A stretch of DNA of 64,000 nucleotides from the NCBI GenBank assembly GCA_945865565.1, contig CAMBEK010000004.1, positions 24,714 to 88,713 of the forward strand, in the 5' to 3' direction. Numbering within the stretch: the first letter of the stretch is position 1; every line of letters starts with the position of its first letter. This document shows positions 28,893 through 37,692 of this stretch, piece by piece. Below the pieces are notes generated by a model. It was not told where the DNA came from, searched no databases, and was given only the letters and a program-made list of their open reading frames with translations. The stretch comes from Pseudobacteriovorax antillogorgiicola (lineage in GTDB: Bacteria; Bdellovibrionota_B; Oligoflexia; Oligoflexales; RGVZ01). The position numbers and the translations under genes are program-made.

Positions 28893-30275
28893 TCAGCGCC
28901 CTAGGCGCCTGCGCAAGGTGGCACCCTGGGCTTCGTGACCGGGTTTGCCAAGTAGGGCAAAAAGATTTTTCTTGTAATCCTCCACCCCCGGTTGATCGAA
29001 TGGATTAACTCCAAGTAAAAGTGCACTGATTGCGCACACCGTCTCATGAAATGCAAACAGGGCTCCGAGATTGAATTCATCCAGGCGCGTCGCTCGAATT
29101 TCAAAAACCGGTACGCGACCGTCCGCGTGAGCCAATTGTGAAGCCTGTGTCACAGCCACATTGAGATCTTCAACATGACGGCCCTCAAGATAGCCTAATT
29201 CATCTGCGTTGCCTGACTGAGATGGAATCGCCAACCGTCGCTCGATACTGCTCCGCGCCGTCGGCTGATCAAATACAAGGAACGTCTCAATCAAGTTGCG
29301 AGGACCATCCTGCAGGTACTGTCCCATGCTGTGTAAGTCCGTCGACGATAAAAATCCCGCTGGAAAAAGCCCAAGGCCACCCTTGCCCTCGGACTCTCCA
29401 AAGAGTTGCTTCCACCATTCCACGTACCCTGACAACTTGGGGTCGGCAACGTTCATCACTTCAATCCGTTTGCCGGCCTCCCATGATGCCCGGCGAAGGC
29501 AGGCATATTCGATGGCAGCGGCGCCTGCACCCTTAAGACGACCTGCGACTGCATCTCCCCGGAAATCTGCGAAAACAGATTCGGCTCCATTCATCATGGC
29601 GCGGACATCAAACCCGGCAAACGCCAGAGGCAAAACGCCAACGGGCGTGAGAACTGAAAATCGCCCCCCAATATCGTCAGGAATTTCAAATGCCCGATAA
29701 GACTTTTCACGGGCAAGGGCCCGAAGTGCACCACGTTTGGAATCGGTCGTTACGACAATACGCCGCGCCGCTTCACGTTCCCCGAAGCGTTTTTCCAGAT
29801 AGGACCGCAAGATCCTGAAGGCCACCCCGGGCTCTGTTGTCGTGCCAGATTTGGAAATGACATTGATCATCGGCTGGCGGCGATCACAAAGGTCGATCAG
29901 CTCGAGCAAGCCTGCCTCGTTCAAATTGTGGCCAGCGAATACCACAGGAACACCCGCCGAACGCGGCAAGGCATGAATAAATGAATGATTTAGGGCATCA
30001 GAAACAGCTTTGGAACCAGCAAAAGAACCGCCAATTCCGACCACAATAACGAGATCGAAAAACGTGTCATTCTTTCGGACAAAATCTTCGATTGTATCGA
30101 GGATCGGCCAACCAGAACGGGCGGGATAGTCAAACCATCCGGTCCATTCTCCGCCGGCACAGGTGCCGTTGCGAATGCCATCAAGATTGAGCAAAGCCTC
30201 TGCATGCAAAGATTCAGCGGATACTTTCAATTCAGCCGGAACGAACCTGGATTCAAATCGAATGCACTGCTGCAT
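28893..30275 (-). CDS. pgi: Glucose-6-phosphate isomerase
   Basis: 460 aa. Motifs ISKSGTTTEP, DIGGRFSV and NPFDQPGVE. Confidence 0.93.
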   Translation of the reverse strand: MQQCIRFESRFVPAELKVSAESLHAEALLNLDGIRNGTCAGGEWTGWFDYPARSGWPILDTIEDFVRKNDTFFDLVIVVGIGGSFAGSKAVSDALNHSFIHALPRSAGVPVVFAGHNLNEAGLLELIDLCDRRQPMINVISKSGTTTEPGVAFRILRSYLEKRFGEREAARRIVVTTDSKRGALRALAREKSYRAFEIPDDIGGRFSVLTPVGVLPLAFAGFDVRAMMNGAESVFADFRGDAVAGRLKGAGAAAIEYACLRRASWEAGKRIEVMNVADPKLSGYVEWWKQLFGESEGKGGLGLFPAGFLSSTDLHSMGQYLQDGPRNLIETFLVFDQPTARSSIERRLAIPSQSGNADELGYLEGRHVEDLNVAVTQASQLAHADGRVPVFEIRATRLDEFNLGALFAFHETVCAISALLLGVNPFDQPGVEDYKKNLFALLGKPGHEAQGATLRRRLGR

Positions 30276-31575
30276 GTTTTTTCCCGTTTATCACATAATG
30301 TTTCAGGCGGGCGATGGCTGCTTCCGGACCTTGGACCTGAAAACGCGCAACCCCTTCGATCTCGTAATTCGACGACAAAACCATGCATGAGTTGAACATT
30401 GCCCGGATCACCGATGTTTCATCGGCTGGAATTTCAAGTTCGGCGGAGACAAAGTTGTCCGCAAACATCGCGTAAACGTGATCGCGCAGGCGCATGATGT
30501 CCTGGTCATTGAGCGCCGAAATCGCGATACTCCTGGGATAGGCTCCGCGCATGATCCGCGGTAAAAAACGATCTTCCACTTGATCGATCTTGTTGAACAC
30601 AGTGATGACCGGCATCTTGTCCGCGCCAATTTCCGCCAGGACCTTTCGTGTGGCATCCATCTGTGCTTGATAATTCGCATGGGAAAGATCGACCACGTGC
30701 AGCAGCAGGTCTGCGTCAATCACTTCGTCCAATGTTGATTTGAAAGACTCGATCAGGCTGTGAGGCAGGTTTCTGATAAAACCGACCGTGTCACTCAAAA
30801 GGATCTTGGGCCGGGTTGCTGGATCCAGCACGCGCACGTTCGCGTCCAAGGTCACAAACAGTGCGTTCTTGGCCTGGAATTTCGCATGGGTCAATGCATT
30901 CATAACCGTGGTTTTGCCACTATTTGTATATCCAACAAGAGCCACCTTGAGTTCATTGCGCCGTGATTTTCTTTGGGTGGCCTTCTCGCGGGCAATTTGT
31001 TTCAACTGGCCCTTCAAACGGGCAATTCGTTCGCGAGCGCGGCGACGATCAACTTCAATTTGTTTCTCACCCATACCGCGAGACGCCAATCCACCCCCGC
31101 GCTGCCGGTGCAAGTGAGTCCAGGCACCGGACAACCGTGGCAGCAGATATTCAAGGCGTGCGATCTCAACTTGGGTCTTGGCTTCATTCGTTCGCGCATG
31201 ACGGGCGAAAATATCCAAAATGATACCCGAACGATCGGTAACCTGGCAGCACGTGATCTCTTCAAGATTACGGATCTGGGGTGGGGCAAGAGGGCGGTCC
31301 ACAACGATCAGGGTGGCTCCGCTGCTCCGCGCCAAATCCCTGAGTTCCTCGACCTTGCCGGTGCCAAGCATGCAACTTGGACTGAGTTTGACCCTTTTCT
31401 GGACTACCCTGCCCTTGACCTCTATTCCGAGAGTCCTGAGCAAAGCCACCAGCTCAGACAAGTCATCAGCAATGATTTGGGGGTTGTCTTCGGGAAGTTG
31501 GACGCCGACGACGATCGCGGAAATGCCTGGTAAAAGATCCTGAAAAGTTTGCACTCGGGGTTTCGCCCTCCGCAA
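30253..31575 (-). CDS. hflX: GTPase HflX
   Basis: 440 aa. HflX N-terminal domain, G1 GYTNSGKTT, G3 DTVGF, G4 NKID. The 3' end overlaps the pgi start by 23 nt. Confidence 0.93.
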   Translation of the reverse strand: MRRAKPRVQTFQDLLPGISAIVVGVQLPEDNPQIIADDLSELVALLRTLGIEVKGRVVQKRVKLSPSCMLGTGKVEELRDLARSSGATLIVVDRPLAPPQIRNLEEITCCQVTDRSGIILDIFARHARTNEAKTQVEIARLEYLLPRLSGAWTHLHRQRGGGLASRGMGEKQIEVDRRRARERIARLKGQLKQIAREKATQRKSRRNELKVALVGYTNSGKTTVMNALTHAKFQAKNALFVTLDANVRVLDPATRPKILLSDTVGFIRNLPHSLIESFKSTLDEVIDADLLLHVVDLSHANYQAQMDATRKVLAEIGADKMPVITVFNKIDQVEDRFLPRIMRGAYPRSIAISALNDQDIMRLRDHVYAMFADNFVSAELEIPADETSVIRAMFNSCMVLSSNYEIEGVARFQVQGPEAAIARLKHYVINGKKHAAVHSI

Positions 31576-31590
31576 ATGGTTAAGATCTGT

Positions 31591-31848
31591 TCAGCGGGTT
31601 GCCCCACGCTTCGAAACTGGTTGCTGCAATGGTTTCTGTGAAAGTTGCGGAGAAGTCGAAATACCACCCACCATGCGGTCCCCAGCTGCCTTCAGTTCTC
31701 GTGATGTTATCAGAAGATTTAAAAGATCATCTGTCAATTCCTGAAACGCCTCAGGGGTCACCAGTAAACCAAACTTCGACGTTTGGGTGTGGTTGCGCAG
31801 AATCTCCTCGATCGCGACGCGGGTCACAGTTTCAAACAATCCAGCCAT
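31591..31848 (-). CDS. Small hypothetical protein (85 aa)
   Basis: ATG at 31848 is preceded by a strong SD (AAGGGGGGAT). Sequence MAGLFETVTRVAIEEILRN... has no Sm/Hfq motif. Wedged between the giant kinase gene and hflX. Confidence 0.55.
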   Translation of the reverse strand: MAGLFETVTRVAIEEILRNHTQTSKFGLLVTPEAFQELTDDLLNLLITSRELKAAGDRMVGGISTSPQLSQKPLQQPVSKRGATR

Positions 31849-31880
31849 AAATCCCCCCTTCGCATCAATGATATTCGTCA

Positions 31881-34800
31881 CTATCCTACCATTTTTGGGG
31901 TTTCTGCGTTAGTTTCCAGCGAACCAGACCGGGCAGTTCGTTGGCGCATGATCGCAACATAATAACGGGGTAGCACATCGACGGGCAACCGCGATGCAAG
32001 AATCTGGTGCAATTCACTTGGCCGGTCCGCAATAGATAATTCATCAAACGGCTGTGAACCGCTCCTGGCTGATATCGAGTGAGGACTGGAAACGATGACA
32101 CCATCGAGCTTTGACGTGTCGTAACTGACAACAAGAACCTGCTGTTCTCCCATCGTCGATTCGACATCCCAATAGCGCAACTCGCGCCCCCCGGAAAGGG
32201 CCATCAAACTTTCATTTCCAGGGGAAACCCGGTTATTTCCATTGATGACAACCGGTCGGGCAACCCCAAAGTGACCACTAATGGCTGTATTCTTTGTGCG
32301 GGAAACAATTGAGAAACTCAGGCTAATCTGTTCCAACGCCTTGAACGTCCGGTCTGTGAGCAAAAATTTTGCAAGTTCTGTACGAATGTCGTTGGACTCG
32401 ATCTCGCGGGATGCTTCCGCCATCATGACGGTTCTGACAGCAAAAAGATGATGCCATAGATGGGCACTGAACTTGGCCCGGACATGTTCAGGCCCTGCAC
32501 AGGAAAGATAAAACATAACGTGCCTGTCTTCGCCGAAATTCAGTCCCAGATACCATCCAGTTTCCCGCTGGGAACGGAAATTTCCAAAATCCCAGATGCG
32601 CAGCCATGGCTGCGGCTCAAACAGGAATGCCCCAGTCCGATAGTTGACCCCACGGCTCCTGCGTTCCATCACAGAAGATATCTGGGCACCCAAAGTATCA
32701 AGGGCTTGCCGGACGGCGGTGCTATCCTCTTGTGCCATGGCACCACTGTCTTCAATAAACATCAGTCCGATATTCTCGCCCCCCCAACGCAAGGGCACCA
32801 CTGCACCAAGACCAGATGATTGAGGTCCACCAGAAGATTCTGATGACGCACTGCTGCCTGTTCCTCCAGACGTTGCCTCCAGGCGTACCGGAGCCAGCGT
32901 AAGAATGTCATCTTCATCTGATGACGATGCTGACGTGTCACCCATCCCAGGAACATGGCTGACTTTGTGGATCCACGGAGCATCGTGCAGGGGAAGAAAC
33001 AACGTTGATTTTATCTGAACGTAAGGAATCAAGTGTTGGCCAATCAGAGCCGTATCGTGCCCATAAACATCGGAACCTGCGTTGTGTAATCCCTGACCTG
33101 ATGGACCGCGCCTGAAACAGAAAACCCGGCTCCCCCGGAATGACTTCGCGACAAACGCGAGACACTCACGGAGGTCCGCCGCAAGATCCAAGCGGCGTGT
33201 CTCATTGGCAGAGACCAGACGCAACATCGCATATTCCATTGGGTGAAGTTTTCCTGTGGCCCATGGACCCATTCCGTTGTTTCGGGTGGCTGCTGCAATG
33301 GCCACTGAATCGCCCGCCACGAATCTTGCCTTTTGACCAGACACAATCGACTGACCGTCATTTCCGGAGCCGCTCACAGGAGATTGCGCTAAAACAGAAC
33401 CACCTGCACTGCGGGAAATGACCTCGGAAAGCGCCTTCACTCCGCCCTTTGCAGCAAGCACGGAAGCCCGGCGCAGGTAATCAAGCCGTGGCTTGAACCC
33501 CATCTCGCTGAGATGCAGCCCGAACCAGAGGTATCCCATGACCTGAGCCAGATTGTCTCCGGCGAGCTTCGCCTGCCTCAGGCTTCGGTCGTAGAGTGCA
33601 CGCGATACTTCCTTGGTTCCGAGGAGTTCTGATATCCGCGCACGCAAGAGCAACGGAACTGTACGTTCACCGTCTTGCATCCCATTTACAAACGAGAGCA
33701 ATCCACGCATACCCTGTTTCATTTGCGGGGCAGGCAAAATTTCGACTCCAGACTCGCGTTGAAAGAGGACAGGAAACACGACCAGAAACAAGGCCAGGCT
33801 GTCCTCCTCAAACGGCCAAAGAAACTCCGTCTCACGCTGCAAGGATATCCCATGGATCACTCTCGCATAGCTCTTGCGTGCCTTGTCCAGCTCACCACGT
33901 GCAAAGGCCACCATCGCCAAAACGGACAGGGTGAACAAATCATCCATGCGTCCACCATCGCGACGCCGATGCTTAAGATAACTCTCAGCAAAGTTTACAA
34001 TCTCATCCCGCGAATCACGCAACAAAAACGCAAAGGTCGAAATCATGACCGACCGGGAACTGACTGGACTGCGCAGCGCGCGGTATTCGGGAAGTTCCAT
34101 ACTCAGAGACTTGACGCGATCCAGGTTCAAACGCTGCAATTCGCGATGGATCTGAAAGGAAACGGCGATGCCGTGGGCCAGACGATCTTCGTCTGGCTTC
34201 AGGTTCGCGACCACCATGCGCAAATGATCGCTCATCTCGTCATGTCGGGCACGCAGGTAGTCAGCGCTGATGACACGAAGCAGTGACACATACGCGAATT
34301 CAGCGCGAGATCCTGATGCCTTTGAAATATCCATCACGAGATCGAATGCTCTGAACGATGCTTCGAAAAAACCCTTGCAGGCGAGCAGGGCCGCCCGTTC
34401 GGCGACGAGGCGCAAGGCTACCGATTGGGAGGGTGCTGTCTGGAGCGCTACTGTAAAGGCCTGATCGTGGGCCAGGAATGCTCCGCCCCTGTTCCGGTAC
34501 ATCAAGACGTGCGAGGCATTTTGAAAAAGACTGACGGCTTGAGCCGACGCCGGAGATGCACCCTTTTTGTTAAAAGAGCTTCTCAAAAGTCGCCACGAAC
34601 GGCTCCACCGCCGGTCACTGAACGTACCGTCAAACCAGAGTCGAAAGCGCGCAGACAGACGATTCCAAAGTGTGTCAGGCGTAAGGGCCGAACCAAGACG
34701 ACCAAGTGAATCTGTCAGCAATTTTATCGATTCGCCAAATATGCCGAGGGCGACGTAAAAACGAATCACTTTAATCGCAATGGCAATGCGCTTTCCATCC

Positions 34801-37481
34801 GGCATGCTCATCGCGATCAGGTCACGGTAGCGCCGCAATGCCTCAGAGGTCCTTCTCTGCGCCGCCGACAAGTCCGCCAGAACTTCAAGAACTCGCAATT
34901 GTTCGCTGATCTCATAGCCGCCAGGACCAGCCTGAAGCATCAGGTGCTCGACACTTTTAAAATACGTCTCCGCCGTCTGCCAGGAATTTGAATCCAGGGC
35001 TGCATTTCCGGCTTGGAGGCTATATTTGATTGCCTTCAGCAACAGCTGCCGGGAGTCGACCCCTCCTTGCGAAAGTTCAACACCGCCGTCGAGCGCGCGA
35101 TTGAAGTGCTGCGCCAGGGAAAAAACGGTCTTCCCGGAAGGCGAAGGCACCAGGACCTCAAGGCGACGGGCAATTGCAAGATGCAGGCTGCATCGCCTTG
35201 CCAGCGGAATGGATGCGTAGATGTCTTCCCTCGCTCGCGAATGAACAAAAGAATAAGTTTTTCCAAGGGCCTTTAATTCATCATCACCCGATCCGCGCAC
35301 GACGATTCCTTCAACCACTGCACGTTGCAAGGCCTGCACAAGATTCATTCCTGATTCGCCATCATCGCCACTGCCACCCCGGAGGATTTCATACTGAAAG
35401 GTCATCCCTGCAACAGCAGCGCCCTCGAGCGCCCTGCGATCTGACTCGTTGAAATCGGCAAGGCGCCCGAGCACGAGATCGACGGAATCAACTTTTGGCG
35501 GATCCTTCGAGAGGCGGTCAAGGTCTACAGTCCAGTTTCCGTCGCGTCGCATCCTCAAATGATCATTCGCAACCAGCACTCGCAACAGTTCCGACACATG
35601 CAGAAGGTTTCCGCCAGTCCTTGAATACAACCAATCGAGAAACTGGGACTCGATAATTTCATCTCCAAGAAAAGAATTTCCCAGGGTTTCCTCGACGAGC
35701 GGTGCCAAGGCGCCTCGAGTCATGGCAGTGACTTCGATTTCTTGGAACCGGCGTTTTAGCCTGGAGAATCGGTTCAGAAAAGCCTCGACCTCACTCCCAG
35801 GCGCAACGCTGGCGGTGCGGACAGAAACAATGAGCAAAAACCTTTGGGAGTTTGCGTTGGAAAAAAATTGGTCGATCAGGCGGACGCTCTTGTCGTCTGC
35901 CCACTGCAGATCGTCAAAAATGAAAATGAATGGAGTTGTATCGGACGCCAGGCAGCGTGTGAAGTCACTGAAAATTTTGGCAAACGCCTTAAACCCTTCT
36001 TCGTCTGGACCAAACATGACTTCCGGCTCAGGAATATCTGCAACAAATGGCAAGAGCCCCGGAACGACCTGGGCAATTTGATGCGCCAAAGGTCCCAGAA
36101 GGGTTTTCACCTTCTCATGAAACTCACTTGCCTCGGCGGATTTTGAACGGGAAAGTCGCATCAAGTATTCATTGAATGCATTTGCCAGGGCATTGAATGG
36201 CAGGGCGGATTCGTGGCTTGAGAAACGTCCCGAAACAAACCGTATCTCACGCTTGACCAGCCCATCACGAAACTCACTGATGACCCGTGATTTTCCTGCG
36301 CCAGCCGGCCCGCGCAAAACAGTCATGCGGCTGCGACCTTGGGCGCTCGCCACTGCCTCGTAATTCGATTGCAGTGCCGCCATTTCAGTATTGCGCCCAC
36401 TGAATTTCATGGGGCGGGACAGGATTTCAATTTTATCGTAACGCCCCAGGGGCAATGCCTCGAGGGAAACATTCCCTGCATCATAAAGGGCTTTGGCTCT
36501 GGCAAGATCAGCCTGCAATCCAAATGCTGACTGGTAGCGTTGGTCCGGATGTTTGGAAAGGAGCTTGTGTACAATCGCTTCGACGTACGGGGGAACATCT
36601 GGACAGCGGGAACTCAACGGTTCTGGTGACGCAAAAGCATGGAGCTTTTCAAGTTTTTCGCGGGTGTCAGCTGAAAAAGGAGTGTGGCCACTCAGGGCTT
36701 CATAAAGTACGGCTCCAAGGGCATATAAGTCGACCCTGTGATCCGCCGGCGCATCGATCATGCGAGTCAATTCCGGCGCCATATAAAGCGGCGTTCCAGC
36801 TATTTCATCCCCGATGTCCCCCGGCCTTCGAAGCGGATTCTGATCCCGGCCGGTATAGAGGACGGCCTCAGATAAACTGGCGACACCAAAATCGAGTACC
36901 TTGACGTTGACCTCGCGTGAATCGCCAAACGGCCTGTCTACGATAATATTCTGCGGTTTTATATCCCGGTGGATGATATTTTTGCGGTGGGTATAATCAA
37001 GTGCCTGCGCGACCTGCGTGCCGAGCTGGAAAAAAAATCTGAGGCTCTGTCGCCCGTTGCGTCCAATCAGTTCTTTGAGATTTCTGCCATTGGCACGCTC
37101 CATGACAATGTAATACCCCCCCGGAGCACTTGATCCGATTTCCTCAGACCCGGGAGAACCAGAATGTTTCTCCCGTCCCTCTGGCTCGGAACCACTTTGG
37201 ACGAAGCCTGCGGACTCAGCATCCATCAGGCCAAGTTCCAGAAAAGAGATGATGCATGGATGATGAAGCCGGCTCATCAGCGCCGCCTCTTTTTGAAAGC
37301 GCATCAAGACATCAGGTCCCATGCGCTTGCTGCGAATCACTTTGATCGCAACCTCCCGGGACGGATCCTCGAAAGGAATTGCCGCCAGGACGAGCCCCAT
37401 GCCACCAGACCCAATGGTCCCCGTGACGAGATAGCGATCGGCGATCCGCGCACCGATCATCTTTTTCTGAAAACGATCCAA
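31881..37481 (-). CDS. Giant multidomain Ser/Thr protein kinase (Pkinase, STAND/AAA_16-like NTPase, helical repeats, GAF-like, degenerate PP2C/SpoIIE-like)
   Basis: 1866 aa. Kinase motifs: GSGGMG, VAIKV, HRDIKPQN, DFG, GTPLYMAPE. Walker A GPAGAGKS (aa 391-398) and Walker B FIFIFDDLQWAD (aa 518-529). A long alpha-helical middle region. GAF-like end VVPLRWGGENIGLMFIED. The C-terminal 250 aa have SpoIIE-like spacing. Confidence 0.85.
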   Translation of the reverse strand: MDRFQKKMIGARIADRYLVTGTIGSGGMGLVLAAIPFEDPSREVAIKVIRSKRMGPDVLMRFQKEAALMSRLHHPCIISFLELGLMDAESAGFVQSGSEPEGREKHSGSPGSEEIGSSAPGGYYIVMERANGRNLKELIGRNGRQSLRFFFQLGTQVAQALDYTHRKNIIHRDIKPQNIIVDRPFGDSREVNVKVLDFGVASLSEAVLYTGRDQNPLRRPGDIGDEIAGTPLYMAPELTRMIDAPADHRVDLYALGAVLYEALSGHTPFSADTREKLEKLHAFASPEPLSSRCPDVPPYVEAIVHKLLSKHPDQRYQSAFGLQADLARAKALYDAGNVSLEALPLGRYDKIEILSRPMKFSGRNTEMAALQSNYEAVASAQGRSRMTVLRGPAGAGKSRVISEFRDGLVKREIRFVSGRFSSHESALPFNALANAFNEYLMRLSRSKSAEASEFHEKVKTLLGPLAHQIAQVVPGLLPFVADIPEPEVMFGPDEEGFKAFAKIFSDFTRCLASDTTPFIFIFDDLQWADDKSVRLIDQFFSNANSQRFLLIVSVRTASVAPGSEVEAFLNRFSRLKRRFQEIEVTAMTRGALAPLVEETLGNSFLGDEIIESQFLDWLYSRTGGNLLHVSELLRVLVANDHLRMRRDGNWTVDLDRLSKDPPKVDSVDLVLGRLADFNESDRRALEGAAVAGMTFQYEILRGGSGDDGESGMNLVQALQRAVVEGIVVRGSGDDELKALGKTYSFVHSRAREDIYASIPLARRCSLHLAIARRLEVLVPSPSGKTVFSLAQHFNRALDGGVELSQGGVDSRQLLLKAIKYSLQAGNAALDSNSWQTAETYFKSVEHLMLQAGPGGYEISEQLRVLEVLADLSAAQRRTSEALRRYRDLIAMSMPDGKRIAIAIKVIRFYVALGIFGESIKLLTDSLGRLGSALTPDTLWNRLSARFRLWFDGTFSDRRWSRSWRLLRSSFNKKGASPASAQAVSLFQNASHVLMYRNRGGAFLAHDQAFTVALQTAPSQSVALRLVAERAALLACKGFFEASFRAFDLVMDISKASGSRAEFAYVSLLRVISADYLRARHDEMSDHLRMVVANLKPDEDRLAHGIAVSFQIHRELQRLNLDRVKSLSMELPEYRALRSPVSSRSVMISTFAFLLRDSRDEIVNFAESYLKHRRRDGGRMDDLFTLSVLAMVAFARGELDKARKSYARVIHGISLQRETEFLWPFEEDSLALFLVVFPVLFQRESGVEILPAPQMKQGMRGLLSFVNGMQDGERTVPLLLRARISELLGTKEVSRALYDRSLRQAKLAGDNLAQVMGYLWFGLHLSEMGFKPRLDYLRRASVLAAKGGVKALSEVISRSAGGSVLAQSPVSGSGNDGQSIVSGQKARFVAGDSVAIAAATRNNGMGPWATGKLHPMEYAMLRLVSANETRRLDLAADLRECLAFVAKSFRGSRVFCFRRGPSGQGLHNAGSDVYGHDTALIGQHLIPYVQIKSTLFLPLHDAPWIHKVSHVPGMGDTSASSSDEDDILTLAPVRLEATSGGTGSSASSESSGGPQSSGLGAVVPLRWGGENIGLMFIEDSGAMAQEDSTAVRQALDTLGAQISSVMERRSRGVNYRTGAFLFEPQPWLRIWDFGNFRSQRETGWYLGLNFGEDRHVMFYLSCAGPEHVRAKFSAHLWHHLFAVRTVMMAEASREIESNDIRTELAKFLLTDRTFKALEQISLSFSIVSRTKNTAISGHFGVARPVVINGNNRVSPGNESLMALSGGRELRYWDVESTMGEQQVLVVSYDTSKLDGVIVSSPHSISARSGSQPFDELSIADRPSELHQILASRLPVDVLPRYYVAIMRQRTARSGSLETNAETPKMVG

Positions 37482-37692
37482 GTTCCGCGCCCCTGTTTCA
37501 GGTTAGGCAACCCTGCGGTTACACTTGGTTTTCGGTCGTCCGTTACAAACCTTGAAAAAAAAACAGGCTCCAAAGTTGGTATTTCGCCACAAGGCACTGA
37601 AACTTCATTGTTTTTTATCAGGAAAAAAGCAAAACTCCCTTCACGACCAGCCCAAAAACAAGCGATCCCGGAGGCGAACAGTGGAATCTTTC

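Noticed and set aside
31591-31881. The small ORF upstream of hflX as a divergent Hfq.
   Set aside because: No Sm1/Sm2 pattern: no (V/I)xxxLxxGxxLxGxIxxFDxF and no YKHAI motif. The predicted character is helical and acidic rather than beta-rich.
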